A stretch of 64,000 nt of DNA. Origin: Devosiaceae bacterium. Lineage in GTDB: Bacteria; Pseudomonadota; Alphaproteobacteria; Rhizobiales; Devosiaceae. The stretch is taken from the NCBI GenBank assembly GCA_963676075.2, contig CAXXNZ010000024.1, positions 32,198 to 96,197 of the forward strand, written 5' to 3'. Made by a program: the position numbers and the translations under genes. How positions within the stretch are numbered: the first letter of the stretch is position 1; the number at the start of each line of letters is the position of its first letter. The notes beneath the pieces were generated by a model. The model did no database searches. It saw only the letters and a program-made list of their open reading frames with translations, and was not told where the DNA came from. This document shows positions 19,848 to 29,103 of this stretch, in pieces.

Positions 19848-20010
19848 GAGTGTGGGCCTCCTGACGCCGTGGACAGATCTCGCACTGGCCGCCGCCGACG
19901 CAGTCGAGGCCGCCGCATGAGGTCTGCGGCGGCTTGCCGGTCAGCATGAGACCTGCAGCCAGCCCGGTTGCGGCAAGAGCGACGATCGCGATGGCCAAAA
20001 GTGCTTCCAT
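19840..20010 (-). CDS. nqrM: NqrM-like (Na+)-NQR maturation protein, 56 aa (below the ORF-track cutoff)
   Basis: My translation is MEALLAIAIVALAATGLAAGLMLTGKPPQTSCGGLDCVGGGQCEICPRRQEAHTHD. It has one TM helix followed by a SCGGL...C...C..C cysteine cluster, as in NqrM/DUF539. The start lies 9 nt after the apbE stop, preceded by TAGGA. Confidence 0.6.
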   Translation of the reverse strand: MEALLAIAIVALAATGLAAGLMLTGKPPQTSCGGLDCVGGGQCEICPRRQEAHTHD

Positions 20011-20019
20011 GAGTTGATC

Positions 20020-21009
20020 CTACGCCAGAAATGTATCGAAAGCACCGGTGGACATGCGCTTGAGGCCCTGAGCGTTTTTGAGGACGAACAGGGCGCTGAC
20101 GCCGTGCCGGCGCGCCAGGTCAACGCCTTTTGCCGAACCGGCCGCGAACAGCGCCGTGGCCCAGCCGTCGGCCGACATCGTCTCGGCGGCGATGACCGAG
20201 ACCGACAGAAGACTGGAGTTGGCCGGCTCGAGCGTTGCCGGGTCGATGATGTGGCTATAGCGCCTGTTGCCGACATCGTAGCCATTGGCACGGCTGCCGG
20301 AGGTGGCGACGGCCATGTTGCCGAGATTGAGCACCTCGACGGCGCCGTTGACGCCGGGGCGCGGATCCTCGATGGCAACATGCCAGGACCTGCCGGATGG
20401 ATGCATGCCTGAGGCGCGCAACTCGCCGCCGAGATCGATGAGGAAATCCTCGTGTCCGGCGGAGCGGACGATGTCGGCCATGCGATCCAGGGCATAGCCC
20501 TTAGCAATACCGCAGAGATCGAGCGTCAGCCTATCATTGGCCTTGCTAAGGGCATCGGGTTCCAGCCCGATATGGCGCCAGTCGGTCGCGTCGCCGCCAT
20601 CGATCGGCCCGAATCCCCAGCGCGAGACCAACGGTCCGACGGTCGGATCGAACGCGCCGCGGCTCAAACCGGCGAGGGCAAGGGCGGCTTCGGTGACGCG
20701 GACCAGTTCTGCCGGCATCTTCAGAGTACCGGACGGCGCCCGGTTGAACGTGCTGACATCGGAATCGGTGCGCCAGGGCGACATCTGAAGATCGACGCGC
20801 GCCAGCATGTCCTCGATCGGCCGGCGCAGAGTTTCGAGATCGACGCTGTCCGGCGTGGCAATGCTCCATTCGGTCGCGAACGCCCGGCCCTCAATGAACC
20901 TAAGCGACGGAGCACCGAATGCAATGCCGGGCAGGCCGAAGGCCAAGGCCGAGGCGCCTCCAAGGGCGAGAAATCTGCGTCGGTCGATCCTGGGGGTCGG
21001 AATGCTCAT
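20020..21009 (-). CDS. apbE: FAD:protein FMN transferase (ApbE family) with a twin-arginine signal
   Basis: 329-aa ORF. N-terminus MSIPTPRIDRRRFLALGGASALAFG. ApbE-typical body (MSPWRTDSDVSTFN, DLCGIAKGYALD). Confidence 0.85.
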   Translation of the reverse strand: MSIPTPRIDRRRFLALGGASALAFGLPGIAFGAPSLRFIEGRAFATEWSIATPDSVDLETLRRPIEDMLARVDLQMSPWRTDSDVSTFNRAPSGTLKMPAELVRVTEAALALAGLSRGAFDPTVGPLVSRWGFGPIDGGDATDWRHIGLEPDALSKANDRLTLDLCGIAKGYALDRMADIVRSAGHEDFLIDLGGELRASGMHPSGRSWHVAIEDPRPGVNGAVEVLNLGNMAVATSGSRANGYDVGNRRYSHIIDPATLEPANSSLLSVSVIAAETMSADGWATALFAAGSAKGVDLARRHGVSALFVLKNAQGLKRMSTGAFDTFLA

Positions 21010-21012
21010 GGG

Positions 21013-22239
21013 TCAGATTCCAAAATCGTCGTTGAAGATAGACTGCCGCTCGACGCCGAGGCGGTCGAGCATAGCGAAGACGGCCGAGATCATCACCGGC
21101 GGACCGCACAGATAATATTCGCAGTCCTCCGGCGCCGGATGGTTGCTCATGGCGTTGCGGACAACCTCGTGGATGAAGCCGGTCGCGCCAATCCAGCGGT
21201 CGCCGGGCGCGGGCTCCGACAGGGCCGGAATCCAGGTGAAATTGTCGTTTTCGGCAGCGATGGCGTCGAATTCCTCGCGGTAGAACAGGTCGGCGGCCGA
21301 GCGCGCACCGTAATAAAAGGTCATCTTGCGCTTGGTCTTGAGCCCGATCTGCTCATGCACCATGGCCCGCATCGGCGCCATGCCGACACCACCGCCGATG
21401 AACACCATCTCGCGGTCGGTCGGCTGGATCTGGAAATCGCCATAGGGGCCGGAGGCCTCGATGGTATCGCCGGGCTTCAGCGCGAACAGGTGCGAAGAGA
21501 CGACGCCAGGCGTGATGTCTTCCTCGTGGCCGGCAGGCGGCACGGCGAGGCGGATATTGAACACCAGCTTGCCATTGGCGACGTCCTCGGGACGACAGGC
21601 GATCGAATAGGCGCGGGTCACGGGTTTTGGCGATTCGGCATGCATCTGGCGCCAGCCGGCGATATTCCAGATCTCCTCGAACTCGTGCGGCATGTTGAGC
21701 GCACCGAGATCGAGCGTGTAGGCCGGGGCCGTCAACTGCATGAAATTGCCGGCGGTGAAGGAGATGTCGTGTCCTTTTGGCACATCGAGCACCAGTTCGC
21801 GGATCAGCGGCGCCAGCATGCGATTGGAGGCGACGGTGCACTCGAAACCTTCGGCGACGAGAATTTCGGTCGGCACTTCGACCGAGACCGGCCCGCGCAG
21901 CTGGCATTGGCAGGCAAGGCGCTTGTTGGCCCGGCGCTCGGCGGCCGACAGCACGCCCTTCTCGTTGGCCAGCGGTTCGCCACCGCCCTCGCCGGTAACC
22001 GTCACCCGACACAGCCCGCAGGTGCCGGAGCCACCGCAAGCGGCGGGAATGCCGACGCCGGCGTTGTGCAAGACGTTGAGCAGGCGGTCGCCGCGCGCCG
22101 CCGTAATGATCTTGCCTTCGTTGACGGTGACCGTCACCGCCTCCTGGGGAACAAGACCGCGTTTGGCGAACACCAGCCCGATCGCCATGATGACGATCAG
22201 CCCGATGATGACGGAACTGCCAATGCCGATTTCGATCAT
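21013..22239 (-). CDS. nqrF: NADH:quinone reductase subunit F (TM helix, 2Fe-2S, FAD/NADH domains)
   Basis: 408 aa. Cysteine ligands CGGSGTCGLCRV...LACQC. FAD motif RAYSIA. NAD motif FIGGGVGMAP. The C-terminus is NDDFG. Confidence 0.9.
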   Translation of the reverse strand: MIEIGIGSSVIIGLIVIMAIGLVFAKRGLVPQEAVTVTVNEGKIITAARGDRLLNVLHNAGVGIPAACGGSGTCGLCRVTVTGEGGGEPLANEKGVLSAAERRANKRLACQCQLRGPVSVEVPTEILVAEGFECTVASNRMLAPLIRELVLDVPKGHDISFTAGNFMQLTAPAYTLDLGALNMPHEFEEIWNIAGWRQMHAESPKPVTRAYSIACRPEDVANGKLVFNIRLAVPPAGHEEDITPGVVSSHLFALKPGDTIEASGPYGDFQIQPTDREMVFIGGGVGMAPMRAMVHEQIGLKTKRKMTFYYGARSAADLFYREEFDAIAAENDNFTWIPALSEPAPGDRWIGATGFIHEVVRNAMSNHPAPEDCEYYLCGPPVMISAVFAMLDRLGVERQSIFNDDFGI

Positions 22240-22850
22240 ACCGTCACCATCAGCGCGAATGCGGAGAAGCCGAGCGACATCATGCCGGCAAGGATGAAGG
22301 TGATGCCGAGCCCCCGGAGACCACCCGGCAGGTCGGCATACGCCATGCGCTGGCGGATGCCGGCGAGGATGACGACGGCAACAGCAAAGCCGAAGCCGCC
22401 GCTCAAGCCGTAAACAAGCGATTCAAGCACGTCGTAATGACGATCGACGGCGAGCAGCGAGCCGGCGAGAATGGCGCAATGAACCGTCAGAAGCGGCAGG
22501 AAGACGCCGAAGGAGGCGTATATCGCCGGGAAAAACCGGTCCATCACCATTTCGATGAGCTGAATCGAGGCCGCGATGACGCCGATGAAGGCAATGAGCT
22601 TCAAATAGCTGAGATCGAGTTCGGGATAGCCAGCCCAGGCCCAGGCGCCGGGTTTCAGCAAGAACTGGTAGATCGCCTGGTTGAGCGCGGCCGTGACGCC
22701 GAGCGAGGCGGTGACCGCGATGCCAAGACCAATGGAGGTCGCAACATTGCGCGACAGGGCCATGAAGGTGCACAGCCCGAGGAACAGGGTCAGCGGCATG
22801 TTCTCGACAAAGACCGCTCTGAGGATAAAGCCGAGGGGATCGTTCATCAT
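22236..22850 (-). CDS. nqrE: NADH:quinone reductase subunit E
   Basis: 204-aa membrane ORF that aligns throughout with NqrE as I recall it (FVENMPLTLFLGLCTF, FLPLLTVHCAI, GLRGLGITFI). Confidence 0.85.
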   Translation of the reverse strand: MMNDPLGFILRAVFVENMPLTLFLGLCTFMALSRNVATSIGLGIAVTASLGVTAALNQAIYQFLLKPGAWAWAGYPELDLSYLKLIAFIGVIAASIQLIEMVMDRFFPAIYASFGVFLPLLTVHCAILAGSLLAVDRHYDVLESLVYGLSGGFGFAVAVVILAGIRQRMAYADLPGGLRGLGITFILAGMMSLGFSAFALMVTV

Positions 22851-23512
22851 GCCCGGCTCTCCTTCTTTTCAGGAGCCTGATGCTCGGGCGGCTCGATCTG
22901 GTAGGTGTTGAGCGAGCGCACCAGCCACACCAGCCCGCCAAGCAGGAAGAAGGCGCTCGGGGCCAGGAGCATCAGGGCCATCGGCGTGTACCAGCCGCCC
23001 TGGTCGATCGTCGGCAGGACCTGAAGACCGAGCAGACTGCCCTTGCCGAACAGTTCGCGCACGCCGCCGATGATGATCAGCACGAGCGAGTAGCCGAGGC
23101 CGTTGCCGAGGGCATCAAGCATCGAGGGCAGTGGCGGATTGGAACGGGAGAAGGATTCGGTGCGCCCCAACACGATGCAGTTGGTGGTGATCAGCGAGAC
23201 ATAGACCGACAGGCGCTTGGAAATATCGAAGAAATAGGCCTGCAGGAACTGGTCGATGACGATCACCAGCGAGGCGACGATGATGATCTGGACGATCAGG
23301 CGGATCGAATCCGGAATGTGGTGGCGAATGAGGCTGACAAAGAACGCCGACAGAACCAGCACAACGGTCAGCGAGGCGGCCATGGTGATGGCGGTATCGA
23401 GCGAGGTCGTCACCGCCAGCGCCGAGCACAACCCGAGAATCTGCAGCAGAACCGGGTTCTGCTTGATCAGCGGGTCGGACAATGTGCTCCAGAACAATCC
23501 CTTGCCGGCCAT
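22847..23512 (-). CDS. nqrD: NADH:quinone reductase subunit D
   Basis: 221-aa membrane ORF with NqrD-like blocks (LQILGLCSALAVTT, SLITTNCIVLGR, LMLLAPSAFF). Confidence 0.85.
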   Translation of the reverse strand: MAGKGLFWSTLSDPLIKQNPVLLQILGLCSALAVTTSLDTAITMAASLTVVLVLSAFFVSLIRHHIPDSIRLIVQIIIVASLVIVIDQFLQAYFFDISKRLSVYVSLITTNCIVLGRTESFSRSNPPLPSMLDALGNGLGYSLVLIIIGGVRELFGKGSLLGLQVLPTIDQGGWYTPMALMLLAPSAFFLLGGLVWLVRSLNTYQIEPPEHQAPEKKESRA

Positions 23513-23515
23513 GGC

Positions 23516-24316
23516 CTAGAATTCTCCTCGTTGCACCGCATCGAAGAACTTGCCGTAGCCATTCGGCCCCATCCAGAAGCGGATGATCCGCGACATGGCA
23601 TTGGACGTCTTGGTGGCGCCGGTGATGCCGTCGACTTCATAATCGTTGCTGGCCGGGCCGTGCTGCACGGCGAACCGCAACTCGCCATTGGCGTCGCGCA
23701 CCTTCACGCCGGCGAATTGCGCCTGCCAGGCCGGCTCCTCGATACGGCCGCCGAGACCTGGCGTTTCGACCTGGTCGGTAATCGCGAGGCCGGCGATGGT
23801 GTTCATGTCGCCATGCATGGCGATCATGCCCTGGATCGGACCCTGATAGCCGGCGCCGCTGAAGGGCAGGATGGCCAGGGATACCTCCTCGCCACTCCTC
23901 AGGATGTAGATCTGGACGAAGTCGGGCCGCGCACCAAGACCGGCAGTATCCTCCGCCGGCGTCAACTGCGTGTAATTGGTCGGGTCCTGCAGGGCGGCCT
24001 CGAGCGTTGCCGGGGTCACGTCCTTGGCCGCCCAACCGGTTTCGAGGTTGACGACCACCGCCGACAGCGCATCCCCGCCGGCGTCGGCGATCAGATCCTT
24101 CATGCCCGGAATGGCCGAGATCAGCGCTTCAAGCCGGACCTGTTGTTCGTGGGCGCGATTGGCCGACTGGATGGGCCTGAGGACAACGGTTGCGCCGTTG
24201 ACGGCCAGGGCACAGACCGCCGCGACCAGGAAGGCCACGACGATCGTCTTCGTGCGGCTTTCGTTGGGAAGCGCCAGAAAGCCCTTCCACCACGAAAAGG
24301 GATTGAGATCAGCCAA
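23516..24316 (-). CDS. nqrC: NADH:quinone reductase subunit C (FMN-binding)
   Basis: 266 aa with one N-terminal TM helix. It retains the flavinylation motif DGITGATKTS. Confidence 0.8.
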   Translation of the reverse strand: MADLNPFSWWKGFLALPNESRTKTIVVAFLVAAVCALAVNGATVVLRPIQSANRAHEQQVRLEALISAIPGMKDLIADAGGDALSAVVVNLETGWAAKDVTPATLEAALQDPTNYTQLTPAEDTAGLGARPDFVQIYILRSGEEVSLAILPFSGAGYQGPIQGMIAMHGDMNTIAGLAITDQVETPGLGGRIEEPAWQAQFAGVKVRDANGELRFAVQHGPASNDYEVDGITGATKTSNAMSRIIRFWMGPNGYGKFFDAVQRGEF

Positions 24317-25085
24317 GGTTCCGTCTCCTCAGGGCAAGCCACGAGGCAATTGCGATTTCGTCGAGAATGGGTGCGCACAGATTGGCGAGCAACGCCGCCG
24401 CGATGGACAGCTGGATGGCGGCCGCTCCCTGCCAGTACAGGGTGAACAGAACGATCAATCCGGCAAACAGCGCCCCGTAGAGCCAACGCCCGAGCTGGGT
24501 CGCGGCGCTGGCGACGGGATCGCAGACCAGAAGCACCAGCACCACGGCGACCGCGGGGTAGATGTCGGAAAAATCGACGCCGCCGAGAGAAGCGATGCCG
24601 AACACGACAAGGGCGCCGAGAATGATACGGGCGGAAAACACACCCGTCAGCCAGCCGACGAGGGCGGCGGGAATGGCGGCCCAGCCGATTTGAGCGATGA
24701 GGTCGGGCCAGGGTGCCTGCGGAAACCCGAACCCGACAAAGGACAGCATGACGGTCGCCGGGTTGAGGATGTTGCGGCCCCAGCCGCCGAAGACGAGTTC
24801 GGCCATGACCACGCCGAAACTCAACCCGAGCAACACCTGAACGACGTTGAGCTCGCGCGGCACGAGGATGGCAATGGCGAGCGCGGTCACGGCGCCGGCG
24901 AACGAGGGCGGCTGGGCGCGCGCCAGCATGAACACCACGTGCCAGATGCCGGCGAAGACCAGAAAGAAAATCAGTCGCCCGACGGCCGCAATGCCTTCGA
25001 CCTGCAGCCACATCACCGTCAGGGGCAGCAAGGAGGCCAGGACCATTAGCGCGACGGTTTCGCGATCCCACAATCCGCGTATCAA
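24309..25085 (-). CDS. nqrB: NqrB/RnfD-family membrane subunit, unusually short (258 aa), with no S/T-G-A-T flavinylation motif
   Basis: Conserved blocks FGGWGRNILNPATV and CDPVASAATQLGRW match NqrB/RnfD. The loop between them that normally carries the FMN-threonine is absent. The ORF overlaps nqrA (ATGA) and nqrC (8 nt), so it looks intact. Confidence 0.7.
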   Translation of the reverse strand: MIRGLWDRETVALMVLASLLPLTVMWLQVEGIAAVGRLIFFLVFAGIWHVVFMLARAQPPSFAGAVTALAIAILVPRELNVVQVLLGLSFGVVMAELVFGGWGRNILNPATVMLSFVGFGFPQAPWPDLIAQIGWAAIPAALVGWLTGVFSARIILGALVVFGIASLGGVDFSDIYPAVAVVLVLLVCDPVASAATQLGRWLYGALFAGLIVLFTLYWQGAAAIQLSIAAALLANLCAPILDEIAIASWLALRRRNLG

Positions 25086-26359
25086 CCCACTTCCTCCTCT
25101 GCGATCCGTTCGAGCAGTGTCGTCAGCACGTCGGAAAAACGCGGTTCGGCGCCGGTGACATAGTCGACCAGCGCCATGTCCTCGGCCAGAAAAGACAGCG
25201 CGCCGAGCTTGACCGCGGTTTCAGCGTCTCCTGCCGACAGGGCGCGCAACAGCGCCGCGGTGGGCAGGCTGCCGCCCATGGCCTGATCGAGCGCCGCAGT
25301 CGGAATGATCGGCAGCGGGCGCGAGGCGCCCTGCAGTGCCGACAGGAACCAATGGCGCCGGTGCTGGCCGGATTCTCCGCTCAAAATGGTCGCCTGGCGC
25401 TGTCGCGGGCCGAGCCAGCGAGCCTCGTGGCCATCGAGCGCAGACCCCGAAAGGATGGAGTGACGTCCCGGCTTGACCAGACCGTGGCTCAACCCGCGCA
25501 GGTCGGCGCCAGGCTGGCAATGGACATAACGTTGTTCGCGCAGGGCAGAACCGGTGACCGAGATCAGCCTGGTCTCGGGAACCAGACCGGTCTCGAGAAA
25601 TGCACCGATGCCGGCGACGTCCTCGGCATGCACGTCCCAGACCGGCTTGCCAGTGTCGGCGGGATAGTTGCGATGGATCTGGAAGCCGGGCAGGCCCCAG
25701 GGATGCTGCCCGCCGCTCTTGATGACCCGGACGCGTTCGCCCAGGCCCGAGGTATCGAAAAGGGTCTTGCCGCGCGGCTGGCAGACAAAGATCGGTCCAT
25801 CTCCGAGCATCGTGAGGGCGCGAAGACCGCGCGCGAACTCTTCCTCGTGACCGGACAGGGCCAGGCGTGGTTCGGGCGCACCGGGGCGGGTGTCGATCGC
25901 CATGACGAAAATCGCCGTCGGCACCTCGGCCGGCACCGGCTCCCCACCGAACGGCCGCGAGCGGAAAGCGCTCCACAGCCCGGATTCCTGCAATGACGTG
26001 CGCATCGCCGCCGGCGCGTCGAGGCTGTTGGCGGCACTGGTGTCGAAACTGTGACGGCCCGCTTCTGATTCGGCATAGAAAACGATGCGCGACAACCGGC
26101 GACCGGCGTTGAGGCCGATCTTGGCGACCCGGGCCGCCATCGGCGCCGTCACGACGATTTCAGGGTAGTGACGCGAACGCAGAACCGGAGCGCCCTGCGC
26201 CACGCGGTCGCCCTCCGCAACCAGAGGCTCGACGCGAAAATCGTCGTCCCAGGCTGCAGTTAGCCCTGCTTCCTCGGTGATTTGCACCGGCACGGCGCGT
26301 GACGGAGCGGGAAGATCCGCCACGTGAACGCTCAAGCCGCCTCTGATTGGCCACTGCAC
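25082..26359 (-). CDS. nqrA: NADH:quinone reductase subunit A
   Basis: NqrA-like blocks (ESGLWSAFRSRPFG, AIFVMAIDTRP, LGALSFLAEDMALVDYV). The track ORF extends to 26440. The likely start is GTG 26359 (MQWPIRGGLSVHV, matching the usual IxIKKGLDLPI N-terminus), preceded by GGAGA. Confidence 0.8.
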   Translation of the reverse strand: MQWPIRGGLSVHVADLPAPSRAVPVQITEEAGLTAAWDDDFRVEPLVAEGDRVAQGAPVLRSRHYPEIVVTAPMAARVAKIGLNAGRRLSRIVFYAESEAGRHSFDTSAANSLDAPAAMRTSLQESGLWSAFRSRPFGGEPVPAEVPTAIFVMAIDTRPGAPEPRLALSGHEEEFARGLRALTMLGDGPIFVCQPRGKTLFDTSGLGERVRVIKSGGQHPWGLPGFQIHRNYPADTGKPVWDVHAEDVAGIGAFLETGLVPETRLISVTGSALREQRYVHCQPGADLRGLSHGLVKPGRHSILSGSALDGHEARWLGPRQRQATILSGESGQHRRHWFLSALQGASRPLPIIPTAALDQAMGGSLPTAALLRALSAGDAETAVKLGALSFLAEDMALVDYVTGAEPRFSDVLTTLLERIAEEEVG

Positions 26360-26490
26360 CCGTCTACATCTCCGTTTGCCCCCGCAACACGGATCCTGAA
26401 GCGGTCCTCGTATTGCGAAACGTCGACTAATTAAGTACACTTACCGTAGCAACGACACGACTGTTCAGCAAGCGCGACTAGGGGGCTAGC

Positions 26491-27684
26491 ATGCTTAAAC
26501 GAATGATCAGCCGGAGTGGGCTCATCGCTGCGGCAACGATTATGTCCTTGTGGGCGCTTGCGGCGGCGTTCGCCCAGGCAGCTCCCGAGACACCCGCCGC
26601 TGGCGAAGGAGCACCTGCTGGCGAGGCGTCGGCTTACGTCTTCCCGGAAAGCGGACCCTTCAACCCCGAAAAGATCGGCATCCCGCAAGCGGCGATGATC
26701 GACGCCTGGGTGCGGTCAGCGCATGCGGACAGGTCGGCCGAAGCCTTTTCGCACTGGGATGCTGAAGGCGAGATTCCTCCGGCCTGTTCGGTCTGCCACT
26801 CTGGAGCGGGCTTCCGTTCGCTTCTGGGTCTTGACGGCAGTCCCAAGGGTCTGCCCGAACACCCGATCCCGGTCGGCGGCGTCGTCGACTGCGAGACTTG
26901 CCACAATCCGAAGCTGGCCGAAATCAAGGAAATCACCTTCCCGTCTGGGGTTGTTCATCCCGTCGTCGGCGTGGAGGCCGCCTGCATGAGCTGCCATCAG
27001 GGTCGCGAATCGGGTGTGGATGTCGCCGAGGCCACCGTGGATATGGACGACGACACGCCGAATGCGGAACTCCGCTTCATCAATCCGCACTACCGGTTGG
27101 CGGCCGCCACCAATCTCGGCGGCTACGGCAAGGTCGGCTACCAGTATCCGGGCAAGACCTATTCTGGCCGGTTCATGCATGCCAAGCCGATCGGCACCTG
27201 CGTTTCCTGTCACGATCCGCACGCACTGGAGGTCAAGACAGAGACCTGCGCCACCTGTCACTTCACCGACGATCCGGACATGATCCGCATCTCGCACGTG
27301 AGCTTCGACGGCAGCGGCGACACCAACAAGGGCATCAAGTCCGACATCCAGGCGAACGCCGACACGCTGATGGATACCATCCGCGCCTACGCCGCGAACG
27401 TCGTCGGAACGCCGATGATCTATGACGGCAACCGCTATCCGTACTTCTTCGCCGATGCGAATGGCGACGGCCAGGTGGATCAGACCGACGAGGGCAAGAC
27501 AATCGCCTACAACAGCTGGACCCCACGCCTGCTCAAGGCTGCGTTCAACTGGAAGGTCATTGCCGCAGATCCCGGCATCCACGCCCACAACCCTTACTAT
27601 GCCCTCGAACTGATCTACGATTCAGTCGAAGACCTGGGCAATGCCGATGGCGTAGACGTCGATATGGGCACGATGCTGAGGTAA
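26491..27684 (+). CDS. secreted pentahaem c-type cytochrome
   Basis: 397 aa. Signal peptide ...SLWALAAAFAQA. Five CXXCH motifs: CSVCH, CETCH, CMSCH, CVSCH, CATCH. AGGGGG lies before the ATG. Confidence 0.75.
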   Translation: MLKRMISRSGLIAAATIMSLWALAAAFAQAAPETPAAGEGAPAGEASAYVFPESGPFNPEKIGIPQAAMIDAWVRSAHADRSAEAFSHWDAEGEIPPACSVCHSGAGFRSLLGLDGSPKGLPEHPIPVGGVVDCETCHNPKLAEIKEITFPSGVVHPVVGVEAACMSCHQGRESGVDVAEATVDMDDDTPNAELRFINPHYRLAAATNLGGYGKVGYQYPGKTYSGRFMHAKPIGTCVSCHDPHALEVKTETCATCHFTDDPDMIRISHVSFDGSGDTNKGIKSDIQANADTLMDTIRAYAANVVGTPMIYDGNRYPYFFADANGDGQVDQTDEGKTIAYNSWTPRLLKAAFNWKVIAADPGIHAHNPYYALELIYDSVEDLGNADGVDVDMGTMLR

Positions 27685-27720
27685 TCGTCGCCTGCGGGCG
27701 AGGACATACCGGACATGATT

Positions 27721-27750
27721 GAGCGGGGGCATTGCTCCCGCTCTTTTTTT
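27721..27750 (+). terminator. rho-independent terminator of the cytochrome gene
   Basis: GAGCGGG (27721-27727) pairs with CCCGCTC (27737-27743), followed by TTTTTTT (27744-27750). Confidence 0.7.
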
Positions 27751-27886
27751 GGACTCTTGCGGGATGACCAACGGGTTTGTGTTTTTAGTCCGTAACGCAG
27801 ATTTATTGAAACAAATTGGCCCTCCAATCTCAGGGGACTGTTTGCGTCTGGCTGCTAGGATCTTTCTGGACACGGAGATTGCGCCA

Positions 27887-27998
27887 GATCATTTCACCGT
27901 TTCGCAAGAACTTTGAAATGATCTGACCCATTGTTCTGTCGCATTTTCGAGCCGCGAACGTGGTTCACGCTTAAGCGGAATAAGCGGAAAATGCTGCA
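27887..27998. repeat. dispersed intergenic repeat, copy B (full length, with an internal 9-bp tandem duplication TAAGCGGAA x2)
   Basis: Aligns with 14411-14512 (shared blocks TTTCAC-GTTTC, ATTGTT-T-TCGCATTTTC, GAAAATGCT). Confidence 0.45.
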
Positions 27999-28248
27999 GA
28001 ACGTTCCCCTGACGGCCCGGTCGACCTCGTATTCGACGTGACGCCGGTCAGGCGATGCCACAAGCGACCCCAGAGGGGCTCAATGGCCCGCCGGTCGGTT
28101 TCGTACCCACCTGCCATCCAGACATACCCAGTGAAAAAGCCACCGCAGGGCGCCGATGACGCGGGCCAAACGGTTCCGCTTGCCGTATTGGCATGCGTTC
28201 GCGGATCTCTGGCCCGAGGCCAGGCCTGATCGGAGTTTGCTACAGGTT

Positions 28249-29103
28249 TTAGCTGAGAACCGGGAAACGGCCGGTGTCGAGGATCTCGCACGCCCGTGCG
28301 ACGCCTGCGGCCGTCGGCGGCTCGGTATCGGCGAGGGTATAGGGCAGCCCGAGAGCTTCCCACTTGTGCTCGCCCATCTTGTGGAAGGGCAGAACCTCGA
28401 GGCGCTCGATTGTGTCGAGACGGTTGGTGATGTCACGCACCGCCTTGATGTTGTCCTCGCCGTCGGTAAGGCCGGGAACCAGCACGAAGCGGATCCACAT
28501 TTTCTTGCCCATGGCGGAAAGACGCTCGGCGAAATCGATGGTCGGCTGCAGGTCGACGCCGGTGGTCTTTTTGTAGACATCAGGCAGGCCGGACTTGATG
28601 TCGAGCAACACCAGATCGGTCTCAGCCAGCAGTTCGTCCGACGCCTTGGCACCGAGATAGCCGGAGGTATCAAGAGCGGTGTGCAGACCTGCCTTCTTGC
28701 ACTCACGCAAAAGGCCGAGGGTGAATTCGGGCTGCACCAGCGGTTCGCCACCCGAAATGGTCACGCCGCCGCCGGTCGCCTTCATGAAATTCTTGTAGGA
28801 CGTGATATCCGAAATCAGACCGGCGCCGTCGGTCAGCTTGCCGCCGCGCTTCATCTTCATGCAGTCGGGGTTGTGGCAATAGGCGCAAGTCAGCGGACAA
28901 CCGCTGAGAAACACCACGTAGCGGACGCCGGGACCGTCAACCGCCCCGGCCGTCTCGACGGAGTGCACATAGCCAGAGAACGCAGCTGCCGCCGCGTTCC
29001 GCCCCCCATCGGGGAGCGGAACGTCGGCGGATGGGTTCGGCATGGGGCTTCCGAAACCGAGATCGAAAGCCGCCTCACCGCGAAGTGCTTCAGGCTCTTT
29101 CAT
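28249..29103 (-). CDS. pflA: pyruvate formate-lyase activating enzyme (radical SAM)
   Basis: Radical-SAM cluster CPLTCAYC. Glycyl-radical-activase blocks ([27 protein letters not shown]). The alternative start ATG 29043 would avoid the overlap with pflB. Confidence 0.9.
   Translation of the reverse strand: MKEPEALRGEAAFDLGFGSPMPNPSADVPLPDGGRNAAAAAFSGYVHSVETAGAVDGPGVRYVVFLSGCPLTCAYCHNPDCMKMKRGGKLTDGAGLISDITSYKNFMKATGGGVTISGGEPLVQPEFTLGLLRECKKAGLHTALDTSGYLGAKASDELLAETDLVLLDIKSGLPDVYKKTTGVDLQPTIDFAERLSAMGKKMWIRFVLVPGLTDGEDNIKAVRDITNRLDTIERLEVLPFHKMGEHKWEALGLPYTLADTEPPTAAGVARACEILDTGRFPVLS

Noticed and set aside
24309-25085. The short NqrB might be just another frameshift artefact.
   Set aside because: Its start overlaps the nqrA stop (ATGA), and its stop lies 8 nt inside nqrC. 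No adjacent frame carries the missing NqrB segments. The overlapping ORF 24121..25071 is Arg-rich junk.
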